The translations under genes were made by a program, and so were the position numbers. The notes beneath the pieces are model-generated. The model searched no databases. It was not told where the DNA came from and saw nothing but the letters and a program-made list of their open reading frames with translations. From a bacterium (lineage in GTDB: Bacteria; Zhuqueibacterota; QNDG01; DTFT01): DNA of 64,000 bases. The stretch covers positions 8,567-72,566 of the forward strand of contig JAFGAX010000147.1 of assembly GCA_016933415.1 (NCBI GenBank), written 5' to 3'. Each line of letters opens with the position of its first letter. The first letter of the stretch is position 1. Of the stretch, positions 49,220 to 57,854 are shown piece after piece.

Positions 49220-50494
49220 TCAGATCCTCTCGGTTTTCGGGATGCCCGGTCCGGGCACCGTGATGACGCCGTGCAGGGCGGACTCGGCCACCGTGGCCGG
49301 ACTGGCCAGGTACACTTCGGATGAGGGTGAACCCATCCGTCCCTTGAAATTCCGGTTGGTGGTGGAAATACAGACTTCACCGTCGGCCAGAATGCCCTGA
49401 TGCGCTCCCAGGCAGGGACCGCAGCCGGGATTGCAGACCGTGACGCCCGCGGCCAGAAGGGTTTCCAGGACGCCCCCGGACACCATCTCCCGGAGTATGG
49501 TCCTGGACGCGGGTATGGCGATGCAGCGCACGTCCGGATGAATCCGTTTCCCGGCCATACGCTCGGCCGCGATCCGGAAGTCATCCAGCCTCCCGTTCGT
49601 GCAGGACCCCAGGAAAGCCTGGTGGATGCGGCGTCCGGCCATTTCGGCGACCGGCGTCACGTTGTCCACCCGGTGGGGACAGGCGATTTGGGGAACGAGT
49701 TCATCCGCCTGGACCGAAAAGGCCGACCGGATTTGCGCGTCCGGATCCGAGGACGGCCCTTTCCGGTCCATGCCGGCCGTGGATTCGAGAAAAGCGGTTG
49801 TCGTCCGGTCACAGGGGACAAACGCGCATTTCGCGCCCATTTCCATAGACAGGTTGCAGAGGGTGAAACGTTCGGAAACACTCATGGTGTCGATCGTTCC
49901 GCCGCTGAATTCGACGCTGAGGTAATCGGCCCCTTCGCTCCCGAGCCGGCCGATCAGCGAAAGAATCAGATCTTTGGCGTAGGTGTTTGCGGGGAGACAC
50001 CCCTCGACGCTGATTCGTATGGTCTCCGGGACCCGGAGCCAGGTCTTCCCGGTCGCCCAGACCGCGGCCATTTCAGTGGCGCCGATGCCCGTGGACAGGG
50101 CGCCGACGCATCCGTAGGAAGTGGTGTGGGAATCCGTGCCCAGAATCAGTTGTCCTGGAAGGGCATGCCCTTTTTCCAGCATGATCTGATGACAGATCCC
50201 CTCGCCGATGTCGTAAAACCGGCGGATACCCTGCCTGCGCACGAATTCCCGGATCGTCCTGTGGCCATTGGCTGTTTTCAGGGATTCCGCAGGAGTTCGG
50301 TGATCGAGCGGTATGACGATCTTGTCGGGATTCCAGACGAGCGAAACGCCGATTTCCTCGAATTGCCGGATCACCAGGGCCGCGTTGTCGTGGGACATGA
50401 CCATGTCGGGTTCAACAACGACGATTTCACCGGTTTGTACCGATTTTTTCCCGGCTTTATTCGCAAGTATTTTCTGAACAAGGGTTTGGCCCAT
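49220..50494 (-). CDS. Aconitase-family dehydratase large subunit (3-isopropylmalate dehydratase / homoaconitase LeuC type 2)
   Basis: GTDSHTTSYG, GSCTNGR and CNPGCGPCLG cluster-binding motifs; 424 aa; no small subunit gene adjacent. Confidence 0.8.
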   Translation of the reverse strand: MGQTLVQKILANKAGKKSVQTGEIVVVEPDMVMSHDNAALVIRQFEEIGVSLVWNPDKIVIPLDHRTPAESLKTANGHRTIREFVRRQGIRRFYDIGEGICHQIMLEKGHALPGQLILGTDSHTTSYGCVGALSTGIGATEMAAVWATGKTWLRVPETIRISVEGCLPANTYAKDLILSLIGRLGSEGADYLSVEFSGGTIDTMSVSERFTLCNLSMEMGAKCAFVPCDRTTTAFLESTAGMDRKGPSSDPDAQIRSAFSVQADELVPQIACPHRVDNVTPVAEMAGRRIHQAFLGSCTNGRLDDFRIAAERMAGKRIHPDVRCIAIPASRTILREMVSGGVLETLLAAGVTVCNPGCGPCLGAHQGILADGEVCISTTNRNFKGRMGSPSSEVYLASPATVAESALHGVITVPGPGIPKTERI

Positions 50495-50580
50495 ATGGCT
50501 TCCGAACTGAATCCGCGAATCAGAAAATAAATTTACCGAAAAAGACCATTAAAGTCAAGGCAATAACCAATTGAAAATCA

Positions 50581-50633
50581 AAAAAATAAAAGACCGTCCC
50601 AAAATTACCGGAAACGGTCTTTCTTTTTATTTT
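50581..50633. terminator. Bidirectional rho-independent terminator (ends the dap operon on the minus strand)
   Basis: 9-bp stem AAAGACCGT/ACGGTCTTT with a 16-nt loop, flanked by an A-run (50581-50588) and a T-run (50623-50633). Confidence 0.6.
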
Positions 50634-50643
50634 CACCGGCCGA

Positions 50644-51477
50644 TCAGCGCAGAATATCCTCGAGCTGAACCGACCGGTCTGTTTTTTCATCCCGGTATTT
50701 GATCAGAATCGGTGTGCATACGGACAATCCCTTTTCGCGTCCCGGGCCGGTCTGGATCGGCCTCGTTCCTGGAATGATCACGGCGTTCGGAGGTATGGTC
50801 AGGGGTCCGTCCCCGGTGCGCGACAGAATACGGTCATGGACAAGATCGTAAACGGGCGTGGATCCGGTGATCACGGTTCCGGCTCCGATCACGGCCCCTG
50901 CCCCGATTACGGTCCCCTCGTAGACGCCGCAGTTGCCGCCGATGAGCACATCATCCTCAATGATCACGGGAAGGGATCCGATGGGTTCCAGCACGCCGCC
51001 GATCTGGGATCCGGCGCTGATGTGAACGCGCCTGCCGACCTGCGCGCAGGAACCCACGAGCGCGTGCGAATCGATCATGGTGCCGTCGTCCACGTAAGCG
51101 CCGACATTCACGTACATCGGCGGCATGCATGTGACGTTCCGCCCGATATAGGCGCCGTCCCGGATGGAGGAGCCGCCCGGGACGATCCGCACGCCGTCGC
51201 GGATGCTGATGGTTTTGAGGGGAAACGTATCCTTGTCGTAGAACACGAAACGGCCGTTCACGGAATAGTCCGTCAGGCCGCCGAGCCGGAAACCGAGCAG
51301 AATGCCTTTCTTCACCCATGCGTTCACCGTCCACACGCCTTCGGTCTTCTGCGCGGCGCGCGCCCGTCCCGCGTTCAATTCCGCCATGAAGGTCCGGAGC
51401 AGACCGCGGTCCTCATCCGCGGTGCCGCCTGACTGGCCGCGTTCAAACGCCTCCTCAATCCGTTGCTTCAGATTCAA
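50644..51477 (-). CDS. dapD: Tetrahydrodipicolinate N-succinyltransferase
   Basis: N-terminal DapD-specific domain (QRIEEAFERG...WVKKGILLGFRL) plus left-handed beta-helix hexapeptide repeats; 277 aa. Confidence 0.8.
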   Translation of the reverse strand: MNLKQRIEEAFERGQSGGTADEDRGLLRTFMAELNAGRARAAQKTEGVWTVNAWVKKGILLGFRLGGLTDYSVNGRFVFYDKDTFPLKTISIRDGVRIVPGGSSIRDGAYIGRNVTCMPPMYVNVGAYVDDGTMIDSHALVGSCAQVGRRVHISAGSQIGGVLEPIGSLPVIIEDDVLIGGNCGVYEGTVIGAGAVIGAGTVITGSTPVYDLVHDRILSRTGDGPLTIPPNAVIIPGTRPIQTGPGREKGLSVCTPILIKYRDEKTDRSVQLEDILR

Positions 51478-52412
51478 GTGGATTCCTTTCCGCCCGTCTG
51501 GAGCAGCCCGAGATCCGATAGAACCCCGGTGATCCGGGCCCGGCTTGCGGGTTGCACAGGCACCAGCGGAAGACGAAGCACTTCACGGATCCGGCCCATG
51601 CTGGCGAGCGCGGCCTTGACCGGCGCCGGACTGGTCTCGATGAAATTGACGCGCATCAGCGGAAAAATCCGTTTCTGTATTTCCATCGCGCGGCCGAACG
51701 CGCCCTCCAGTCCGGCCCGGACCAGCGCGGACGTTTCAGCCGGCATTTCATTGGACACCACCGAAATCAGCCCGACGCCTCCCAGGGACAGAATCGGGAT
51801 CGTATTGGCGTCGTCTCCGGAAAGCAGGATGAAAGCGTCCGATTTCTTCACGGCCAGTTCCGAAATCTGGTCGATGTTTCCAGAAGCTTCCTTGACGCCG
51901 GCGATGTTGGAAATCTCCGAGAGCCGGAGGACAGTGCCCGGAAGCAGGTTGACGCCGGTTCGGGAAGGCACGTTGTAGAGAAAAATCGGCGCATTCACGG
52001 ACGCGGCCACAGTCTCATAATGACGGAAGAGCCCCTCCTGGGTCGGCCTGTTGTAATACGGCGTGACCGACAGCACGGCGTCCGCGCCGGCCTCATCGAT
52101 GACGGCCCGGGCCATCTCGGCGACGCGGAGCGTGTTGTTTCCGCCGGCACCGGCCATCACCGGCACGCGTCCGGCCGCGGCTTCCACCGTGATCCGAATG
52201 ACGGCCAGATGCTCCTCCCGGCTTAAAACGGCACTCTCGCCCGTACTGCCGCACGGCACCAGAAAATCGATTCCCGCCGCGATCTGCCATTCCACAAGTC
52301 GCCGGAGGGCGTCTTCGTCAAGCGAGCCGTCGTCCCGGAACGGTGTCACCAGCGCGGTGCCGCATCCCCTGAATCTGACCGCGAGCGCATTCAATCCGAT
52401 TGACCCGGTCAT
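51474..52412 (-). CDS. dapA: 4-hydroxy-tetrahydrodipicolinate synthase
   Basis: GTALVTPF, GSTGES, YNVP motifs. Start at the ATG at 52412, overlapping the dapB stop (ATGA); the ORF-track extension to 52484 is rejected. Confidence 0.85.
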   Translation of the reverse strand: MTGSIGLNALAVRFRGCGTALVTPFRDDGSLDEDALRRLVEWQIAAGIDFLVPCGSTGESAVLSREEHLAVIRITVEAAAGRVPVMAGAGGNNTLRVAEMARAVIDEAGADAVLSVTPYYNRPTQEGLFRHYETVAASVNAPIFLYNVPSRTGVNLLPGTVLRLSEISNIAGVKEASGNIDQISELAVKKSDAFILLSGDDANTIPILSLGGVGLISVVSNEMPAETSALVRAGLEGAFGRAMEIQKRIFPLMRVNFIETSPAPVKAALASMGRIREVLRLPLVPVQPASRARITGVLSDLGLLQTGGKEST

Positions 52413-53119
52413 GTCGTCCTCTCTGAAAGTATCTGCTCCAATACTTCGCTGAAATGATAGAATCCGGTCCGGCCCCGGATCCATTCCGCCGCCAGGAGCG
52501 CGCCCGCGGCCAGTCCCTCCCGTCCGCGGGCCGTGTGCACCAGCGTCACCGTGTCCACGGCCGAGTCGAAACTCACGGCATGCCGGCCCGGACTATATCC
52601 CGCGCGCACGCTGGTAACCGGGATGTCGCGGTCCGGGCGGGAACGCGACAGGAGACGGCGCAATTCCAGCGCGGTGCCGGACGGCGCGTCCTTTTTGAAT
52701 TGATGGTGCGTCTCCTCGATGAAGGAGTCGTACTGGCTGAAGGCCGAAAACAATTCGCCGGCGCGTTCCGCGACACGGTAAAACAGATTGACGCCCAGTG
52801 AGAAATTGGCCGCGTGAACAAACCCGATCCCGGACCTCCGGACTTCCGCTTCCGCATCCTTCAGGAAACCGGACCAACCCGTCGTTCCCTCCACCATCGG
52901 AAGGCCGAGTTCCGACGCGATCCGGATATTCCCGGGTACGGCTTCAGCGGACGAGAAATCGATGAGGACATCGGCGCCGGACAGCACCCCGCGGCATTCC
53001 GCGTCCGGTCGGAGCGGACGGGCGTCCCAGAACCGGGCGATGACGCCGTGTCCCTGCTCGACGGCGATCCGTTCCAGGGTACCGCCCATCCGTCCCGTTC
53101 CGATGATTCCGATATTCAT
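52409..53119 (-). CDS. dapB: 4-hydroxy-tetrahydrodipicolinate reductase
   Basis: MNIGIIGTGRMG Rossmann N-terminus, EETHHQFKKDAPSGTA; start at the ATG at 53119, overlapping the lysC stop (ATGA). Confidence 0.85.
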   Translation of the reverse strand: MNIGIIGTGRMGGTLERIAVEQGHGVIARFWDARPLRPDAECRGVLSGADVLIDFSSAEAVPGNIRIASELGLPMVEGTTGWSGFLKDAEAEVRRSGIGFVHAANFSLGVNLFYRVAERAGELFSAFSQYDSFIEETHHQFKKDAPSGTALELRRLLSRSRPDRDIPVTSVRAGYSPGRHAVSFDSAVDTVTLVHTARGREGLAAGALLAAEWIRGRTGFYHFSEVLEQILSERTT

Positions 53120-54510
53120 GGCCGGCCTCCGTCTGGGGTGAACTCGAACAGCGCGGGATCCGGATCCGAGAAAAAATGGCGGTGCAGACGTTTCACCCGG
53201 TCCTCGACTGCGTCCGCCGCGACGATCAGAACGCATGACACCGGCGATACGCCGCAGAAGAATCCTTCGTCGGCCCGGTCCAGCGTGCCGCCGATGCGCT
53301 CGCTCAGGCCCTCCCGGTCCGCATCCAGGCCGGCGCCGACCAGGGCGACAGCGGCCCTTTTTGTCCGGATGACCGGACTGCCGATCCGGCTGAGGGATTC
53401 TAGAAAGGAATCCGTTCCGGGGCCGGGCGTAAAGGTCAGCGACAGGGAGTGTCCGGCCGCGGCCGCCAGTCCCAGTTCGATGCCGGCTTTTTCCGCTTCG
53501 AGAACCGCACGGGACAGGAGGTTCCAGCCCGGAGATTCAGCGCAGGTCAGGCGGACCCAGGTCACGGGCGTCCGGAAGGAGATGGATTTGATCCGGTTCC
53601 GGCCGGCCGTTTCTTCGACGGAAACGATGGTGCCCGCGGCATCGGGCCTTGCGGTGTGCGCGATCCGTATCGGGATGCCGCACCGGACCGCGGGTTCAAC
53701 GGCTTTGGGATGCAGAACACGGGCGCCCCAGAAAGTGAGTTCAGCCGCTTCCCGGTACGAGACCGACTTGACGGTCAGCACTCCCGGAACGCGTTCCGGA
53801 TCCGCGGTCATGATGCCCGGAACATCCTTCCATATCTGTATCTCTGAAACGCCGGCCGCCGCGCCGGTCAGGGCCGCGGTGTAATCGGATCCCTCAAAAC
53901 CGAGCGTCGTGGTGATTCCGTGCCGCGTGGCTCCGATATATCCCTGAAGAACCGGGACGCGTCCCCTTTCCACGGAACCGAAAACCGCCTCGCGGATGCG
54001 GCCGGACGATTCCTCCTCCAGGCAGCGCGCACGGGTGAAACGGTCGTCCGTCAAAACCAGCTGCCGTGAATCGTGCCAGTCCGCATCGATGCCGCTTCTC
54101 CGCAGGGCCCCGCACATCAGAATGGACGAAAGCAGTTCTCCGTAGGACAGCACCTTGTCCTGTGACTGCGGAGACAATTCCCCCAGAACCGCGATTCCGC
54201 CGAGCAGACGCTCCAGTTCTTCAAACCAGTGATGCACCCGGGCGGCTTCCTGCGATTCGGACCAGTCCGTCATGAGCGCCCGGGCGGTGGTCTCGTGACC
54301 CCGGCGGATTTCCGTGAGCGCGTCCATGGCCGGTCCGCTTTTTCCGGACGCCGCTGATTCGGCCGCGTTCAGGAGCCGCCGTGTGGTCTTCCCCATGGCG
54401 GACACCACCAGCAGGGGCCCGAGCTTCAGCCGGTCCGATACGATGCGAAGCACGTTCCGGACGGCGGCCGCGTCTTTCAGCGTGGCGCCGCCGAATTTCA
54501 TGACCATCAC
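53116..54510 (-). CDS. lysC: Aspartate kinase
   Basis: KFGGATL, SAMGKTT, GFEGSDYTAA, WKDVPGIMTADP; C-terminal ACT-like regulatory region; 464 aa. Confidence 0.85.
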   Translation of the reverse strand: MMVMKFGGATLKDAAAVRNVLRIVSDRLKLGPLLVVSAMGKTTRRLLNAAESAASGKSGPAMDALTEIRRGHETTARALMTDWSESQEAARVHHWFEELERLLGGIAVLGELSPQSQDKVLSYGELLSSILMCGALRRSGIDADWHDSRQLVLTDDRFTRARCLEEESSGRIREAVFGSVERGRVPVLQGYIGATRHGITTTLGFEGSDYTAALTGAAAGVSEIQIWKDVPGIMTADPERVPGVLTVKSVSYREAAELTFWGARVLHPKAVEPAVRCGIPIRIAHTARPDAAGTIVSVEETAGRNRIKSISFRTPVTWVRLTCAESPGWNLLSRAVLEAEKAGIELGLAAAAGHSLSLTFTPGPGTDSFLESLSRIGSPVIRTKRAAVALVGAGLDADREGLSERIGGTLDRADEGFFCGVSPVSCVLIVAADAVEDRVKRLHRHFFSDPDPALFEFTPDGGRP

Positions 54511-55514
54511 GGCCGGATTTCCCCGGATTCCCTCAGGCGCCGGACCAGCCGCCGGTAGAGGTCAACGGATTCTTCCAGGTCGGCTATGGCGACGGATTCG
54601 TCCGGCGCGTGCGCGTCCAGAATGGATCCCGGCCCCAGGAGAAGGGGTCGGCCCCAGCGGTTTAAAAGCGGAATATCGGTCGTGAAGGAAACGACCGTGG
54701 TCTCGAAACCATCCACCGCCTCCAGAAAGACGGGGTCGCAGTCGAACAGCGTTTCCATCCCGACACCGGCTCCCACGGCCTGACGGACGCGTCTTTCCGT
54801 TTCGGAGGCGGGGCCCACGCAACGCATCATGACTTCGGCATTCGCGCGGTCCGGGATGATGTTCGCGGCCGTGCCCCCGGCCAGTGTGCCGATGTTCAGC
54901 GATTCCGGACCGAGAACGCCGTGGGTCAGGAGGGGCATTCCCCTGAGGCGGTTCAAGCCGATCAGAAGCTTTTCAATGGCGGATTCCCCCCGCTCCGGAT
55001 AAGCCGAATGGGCCGGTCTTCCGACCGCGGTGAGACGGAACCGAAGCGCGCCCTTGGAACCGAGGGCCAGACGGTTTTCCGTCGGTTCACCGTTGATCAG
55101 GAAACGGCAGCGGTTCGGCAGGGCATTGGCGGCGCGTGCGCCGTCGCTTCCCTTCTCCTCCCCTGCGACGAAAAGCAGACCCGCGTCGCGAACGCCCTCA
55201 CGGGCCAGGGTCAGCGCGGCTTGTACCATCGCCGCCATCGCGCCCTTGGCATCGCAGGCGCCCCGGCCGTAAATGCGGCGGTCATTCTCCGAAGGGCCGA
55301 TGAAGGGCGGAACCGTGTCGAGATGCGTGGACAAAACCACCGAGGGTTCTTCGAAAACCGCGAACAGATTCGAACGGCCGCCGTCGATCGGCTGGAGCGT
55401 CACGGCCATACCCGCGGATTCGAGAAAATCCTTCAGAAAACGGACGAGGCCCGCTTCATTTCCGGTCACGGAATCGATCGCGATCAGACGCCGTGTCAAC
55501 TCGAGTAAATCCAT
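54507..55514 (-). CDS. dapE: M20-family metallohydrolase of the ArgE/DapE type (probably succinyl-diaminopimelate desuccinylase)
   Basis: M20 metal ligands (HLDTV, GRGACDAKG, GEEKG); first gene of the lysC-dapB-dapA-dapD operon; assignment to DapE versus ArgE is by context only. Confidence 0.55.
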   Translation of the reverse strand: MDLLELTRRLIAIDSVTGNEAGLVRFLKDFLESAGMAVTLQPIDGGRSNLFAVFEEPSVVLSTHLDTVPPFIGPSENDRRIYGRGACDAKGAMAAMVQAALTLAREGVRDAGLLFVAGEEKGSDGARAANALPNRCRFLINGEPTENRLALGSKGALRFRLTAVGRPAHSAYPERGESAIEKLLIGLNRLRGMPLLTHGVLGPESLNIGTLAGGTAANIIPDRANAEVMMRCVGPASETERRVRQAVGAGVGMETLFDCDPVFLEAVDGFETTVVSFTTDIPLLNRWGRPLLLGPGSILDAHAPDESVAIADLEESVDLYRRLVRRLRESGEIRP

Positions 55515-55652
55515 GATTCTCCGTTCGATCCGGCATCGCCGGACCTGGTTAAAGTACGTAAAACCCGCAGAAAAGTCAAGGCGCGCTTCATCCGTTCACG
55601 GGCATAAAAATACATTGCTTTTTTGCCGTTTTTTCATCATTTTAAACCGGCG

Positions 55653-56360
55653 ATGAAGAAAAAACTCGTTCTCGACATTCTGCCGCAGCCCGACGACACC
55701 ACCTGCGGACCAACCAGTCTTCATGCGGTTTACCGGTACTTCGGCGAAGTGCTTCCCCTCGAACGCGTCATCTCCGAGGTCCGGCCGCTCGAGGACGGCG
55801 GCACCATGGCGGTTTATCTCGCGCACCATGCCCTGGACCGCGGATACAAAGCCACCATCTACACGTACAATCTACGGGTTTTTGATCCGACCTGGTTCGG
55901 CATGGGAGGCCGATCCCTGCGGGAGAAACTCCTGCTTCAGGCGAGGCAGCATCCCCTGGACCGGGTCCGCGATGCCAGCCGGGCCTACCTGGATTTCCTG
56001 CACAAGGGCGGACGGATCCGGTTCGAGGACGGCACGGCGCAGATCATCCGCAGGACGCTCAGCCGATCCATTCCCATTCTCACCGGCCTTCTGTCCACGT
56101 ACCTGTATCAGTGCAGCCGTGAAACCTCGGAGGGACAGCGCTTGGTTCCGGATGACGTACGGGGCGAGCCCACCGGTCATTTCGTCGTTCTGACCGGGTA
56201 CGACCAGAAGCTGCGCAAAGTGCAGATCGCCGATCCCCTGCGTCACAATCCCTATTCCTCCGATCAGGCGTATGCGGTCGACCTGCAGCGCCTCATCGGG
56301 GCCATTCTGCTGGGAATCCTGACCTATGACGCCAACCTGCTGATCATCGAGCCGCACTAA
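55653..56360 (+). CDS. Papain-like (peptidase C39-like / BtrH_N-like) cysteine peptidase or acyl/aminoacyl transferase domain protein
   Basis: Candidate catalytic Cys in DDTTCGPTSL and His in GHFVVLTGYD, a spacing typical of C39-like domains. ATG at 55653 is preferred over the TTG at 55623 of the ORF track. Confidence 0.6.
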   Translation: MKKKLVLDILPQPDDTTCGPTSLHAVYRYFGEVLPLERVISEVRPLEDGGTMAVYLAHHALDRGYKATIYTYNLRVFDPTWFGMGGRSLREKLLLQARQHPLDRVRDASRAYLDFLHKGGRIRFEDGTAQIIRRTLSRSIPILTGLLSTYLYQCSRETSEGQRLVPDDVRGEPTGHFVVLTGYDQKLRKVQIADPLRHNPYSSDQAYAVDLQRLIGAILLGILTYDANLLIIEPH

Positions 56361-56384
56361 CCGGGAGCGCAATCCGACCGAGAT

Positions 56385-57854
56385 ATGCCGATCCTGATCG
56401 TCGTCACCTCACCCAAGGAATGGCCGCTAAACATCCCCGGCGTCGAACTCGTCTCCGCAAAATCCTATCTGCTGGAGGAGCGTTACGGCGAAATGCGGGG
56501 CGCCAAGGTGTTCAACCTCTGCCGGGATTACCGGTACCAGAGCCTGGGCTATTACGTTTCCCTGATTTCCACGGCCCGGGGCCACACGCCGCTGCCAAGC
56601 GTCATGACCATCCAGGACATGAAATCCCAGCGGATCATCCGGTACGTGTCGGACGAGCTGGATGAACTCATCCAGAAAAGCCTGGAGCCGCTGCAGATGC
56701 GGCGGTTCACGCTCAGCGTCTACTTCGGCAAGAATTTCACAAAAAAATACAGCCGTTTGTCTCAGCACCTGTTCAATCTGTTCCCTTCCCCCCTGCTCCG
56801 GGCCCATTTCGTGTACAACAACAAATGGCAGCTGCAGAGCATCGATCCCATTTCCGCGAGCGAAATTCCGCAGGAACAACTGTCTTTCGTTCTCGAAGTC
56901 GCCTCGGAATATTTCTCGGGACGCCGGTTCTCCGTCCCCAAGCGGCTGCCCCCGCGGTACGACATCGCCATCCTCCACAATCCCGAGGAAGTGAACGGAC
57001 CGTCCGACCCGAAGGCGATCCAGAAATTCATCCGTGCCGCGGAAGCCCTGGACATGTCCGCGGAGCTCATCACCAAGGAGGATCAGGGCCGCCTGCTGGA
57101 ATACGACGCGCTCTTCATCCGGGAGACCACGTCGGTCAACCATTACACCTACCGCCTGGCGCGCCGCGCCGCAGCCGAGGGGCTCGTGGTCATCGACGAT
57201 CCCCTGTCCATCCTGCGCTGCTCGAACAAGGTGTACCTGGCCGAACTGCTGGAGCACCACAGGATTCCGGCGCCCAAGACCCTCATCGTGCACCGGGACA
57301 ACGTCGATTCCGTCATTTCCGAGCTCGGGCTTCCCGTCATCCTCAAGCAGCCCGACAGCACCTACTCGCAGGGCGTCATCAAGATCGAAGACCGGGACGG
57401 TTTCAACGCGGAGGTGGAGCGCCTGCTCGACAAGTCGGAACTGATCATCGCGCAGGAATACACGCCCACGGAATTCGACTGGCGCGTGGGCATTCTCGAC
57501 CACAAGCCGATTTATGTCTGCAAATATTTCATGATGGGACGTCACTGGCAGATCATCAAGAAAACCAGCACGGGACGCTTTCTCGAGGGCCGCTGGGAGA
57601 CGATTCCCGCGGAGATTGCGCCCAAGAAACTGATCCGGACCGCCCTCTGGGCGGCGGACCTGATCGGCGACGGTCTCTACGGCGTGGATCTCAAGGAAAT
57701 CGACGGCAATTTCACGGTCATCGAGGTCAACGACAATCCCACAATCGAGACGGGAGTCGAGGATGACATCCTCAAGGATGACCTCTACACGCGCATCATG
57801 GAGGTTTTTCTGCGCCGCATCGAACGCCTGAAGGAAAGGAATTTCAGGGAATGA
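56385..57854 (+). CDS. RimK-type ATP-grasp amidoligase with a roughly 190-aa uncharacterised N-terminal domain
   Basis: C-terminal two thirds carry a pre-ATP-grasp region and the ATP-grasp fold (ILKQPDSTYSQGV, ELIIAQEY, VIEVNDNP); N-terminal domain with no recognised motif; 489 aa. Confidence 0.8.
   Translation: MPILIVVTSPKEWPLNIPGVELVSAKSYLLEERYGEMRGAKVFNLCRDYRYQSLGYYVSLISTARGHTPLPSVMTIQDMKSQRIIRYVSDELDELIQKSLEPLQMRRFTLSVYFGKNFTKKYSRLSQHLFNLFPSPLLRAHFVYNNKWQLQSIDPISASEIPQEQLSFVLEVASEYFSGRRFSVPKRLPPRYDIAILHNPEEVNGPSDPKAIQKFIRAAEALDMSAELITKEDQGRLLEYDALFIRETTSVNHYTYRLARRAAAEGLVVIDDPLSILRCSNKVYLAELLEHHRIPAPKTLIVHRDNVDSVISELGLPVILKQPDSTYSQGVIKIEDRDGFNAEVERLLDKSELIIAQEYTPTEFDWRVGILDHKPIYVCKYFMMGRHWQIIKKTSTGRFLEGRWETIPAEIAPKKLIRTALWAADLIGDGLYGVDLKEIDGNFTVIEVNDNPTIETGVEDDILKDDLYTRIMEVFLRRIERLKERNFRE

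Noticed and set aside
55623-55652. TTG start, 10 codons upstream, for the C39-like gene (MPFFHHFKPA-MKKK…)
   Set aside because: Weak. ATG 55653 gives an N-terminus (MKKKLVLDILPQPDDTTCGP) that begins where C39-like domains begin. It is kept only as an alternative.
55512-55655. Small basic ORF (MILRSIRHRRTWLKYVKPAEKSRRASSVHGHKNTLLFCRFFIILNRR) in the spacer upstream of the amidoligase operon, considered as a possible precursor peptide
   Set aside because: It begins inside the divergent M20-hydrolase gene's start region, has no ribosome-binding site and no core-peptide-like Ser/Thr/Asp/Glu-rich region, and its composition simply mirrors the AT-rich promoter DNA.
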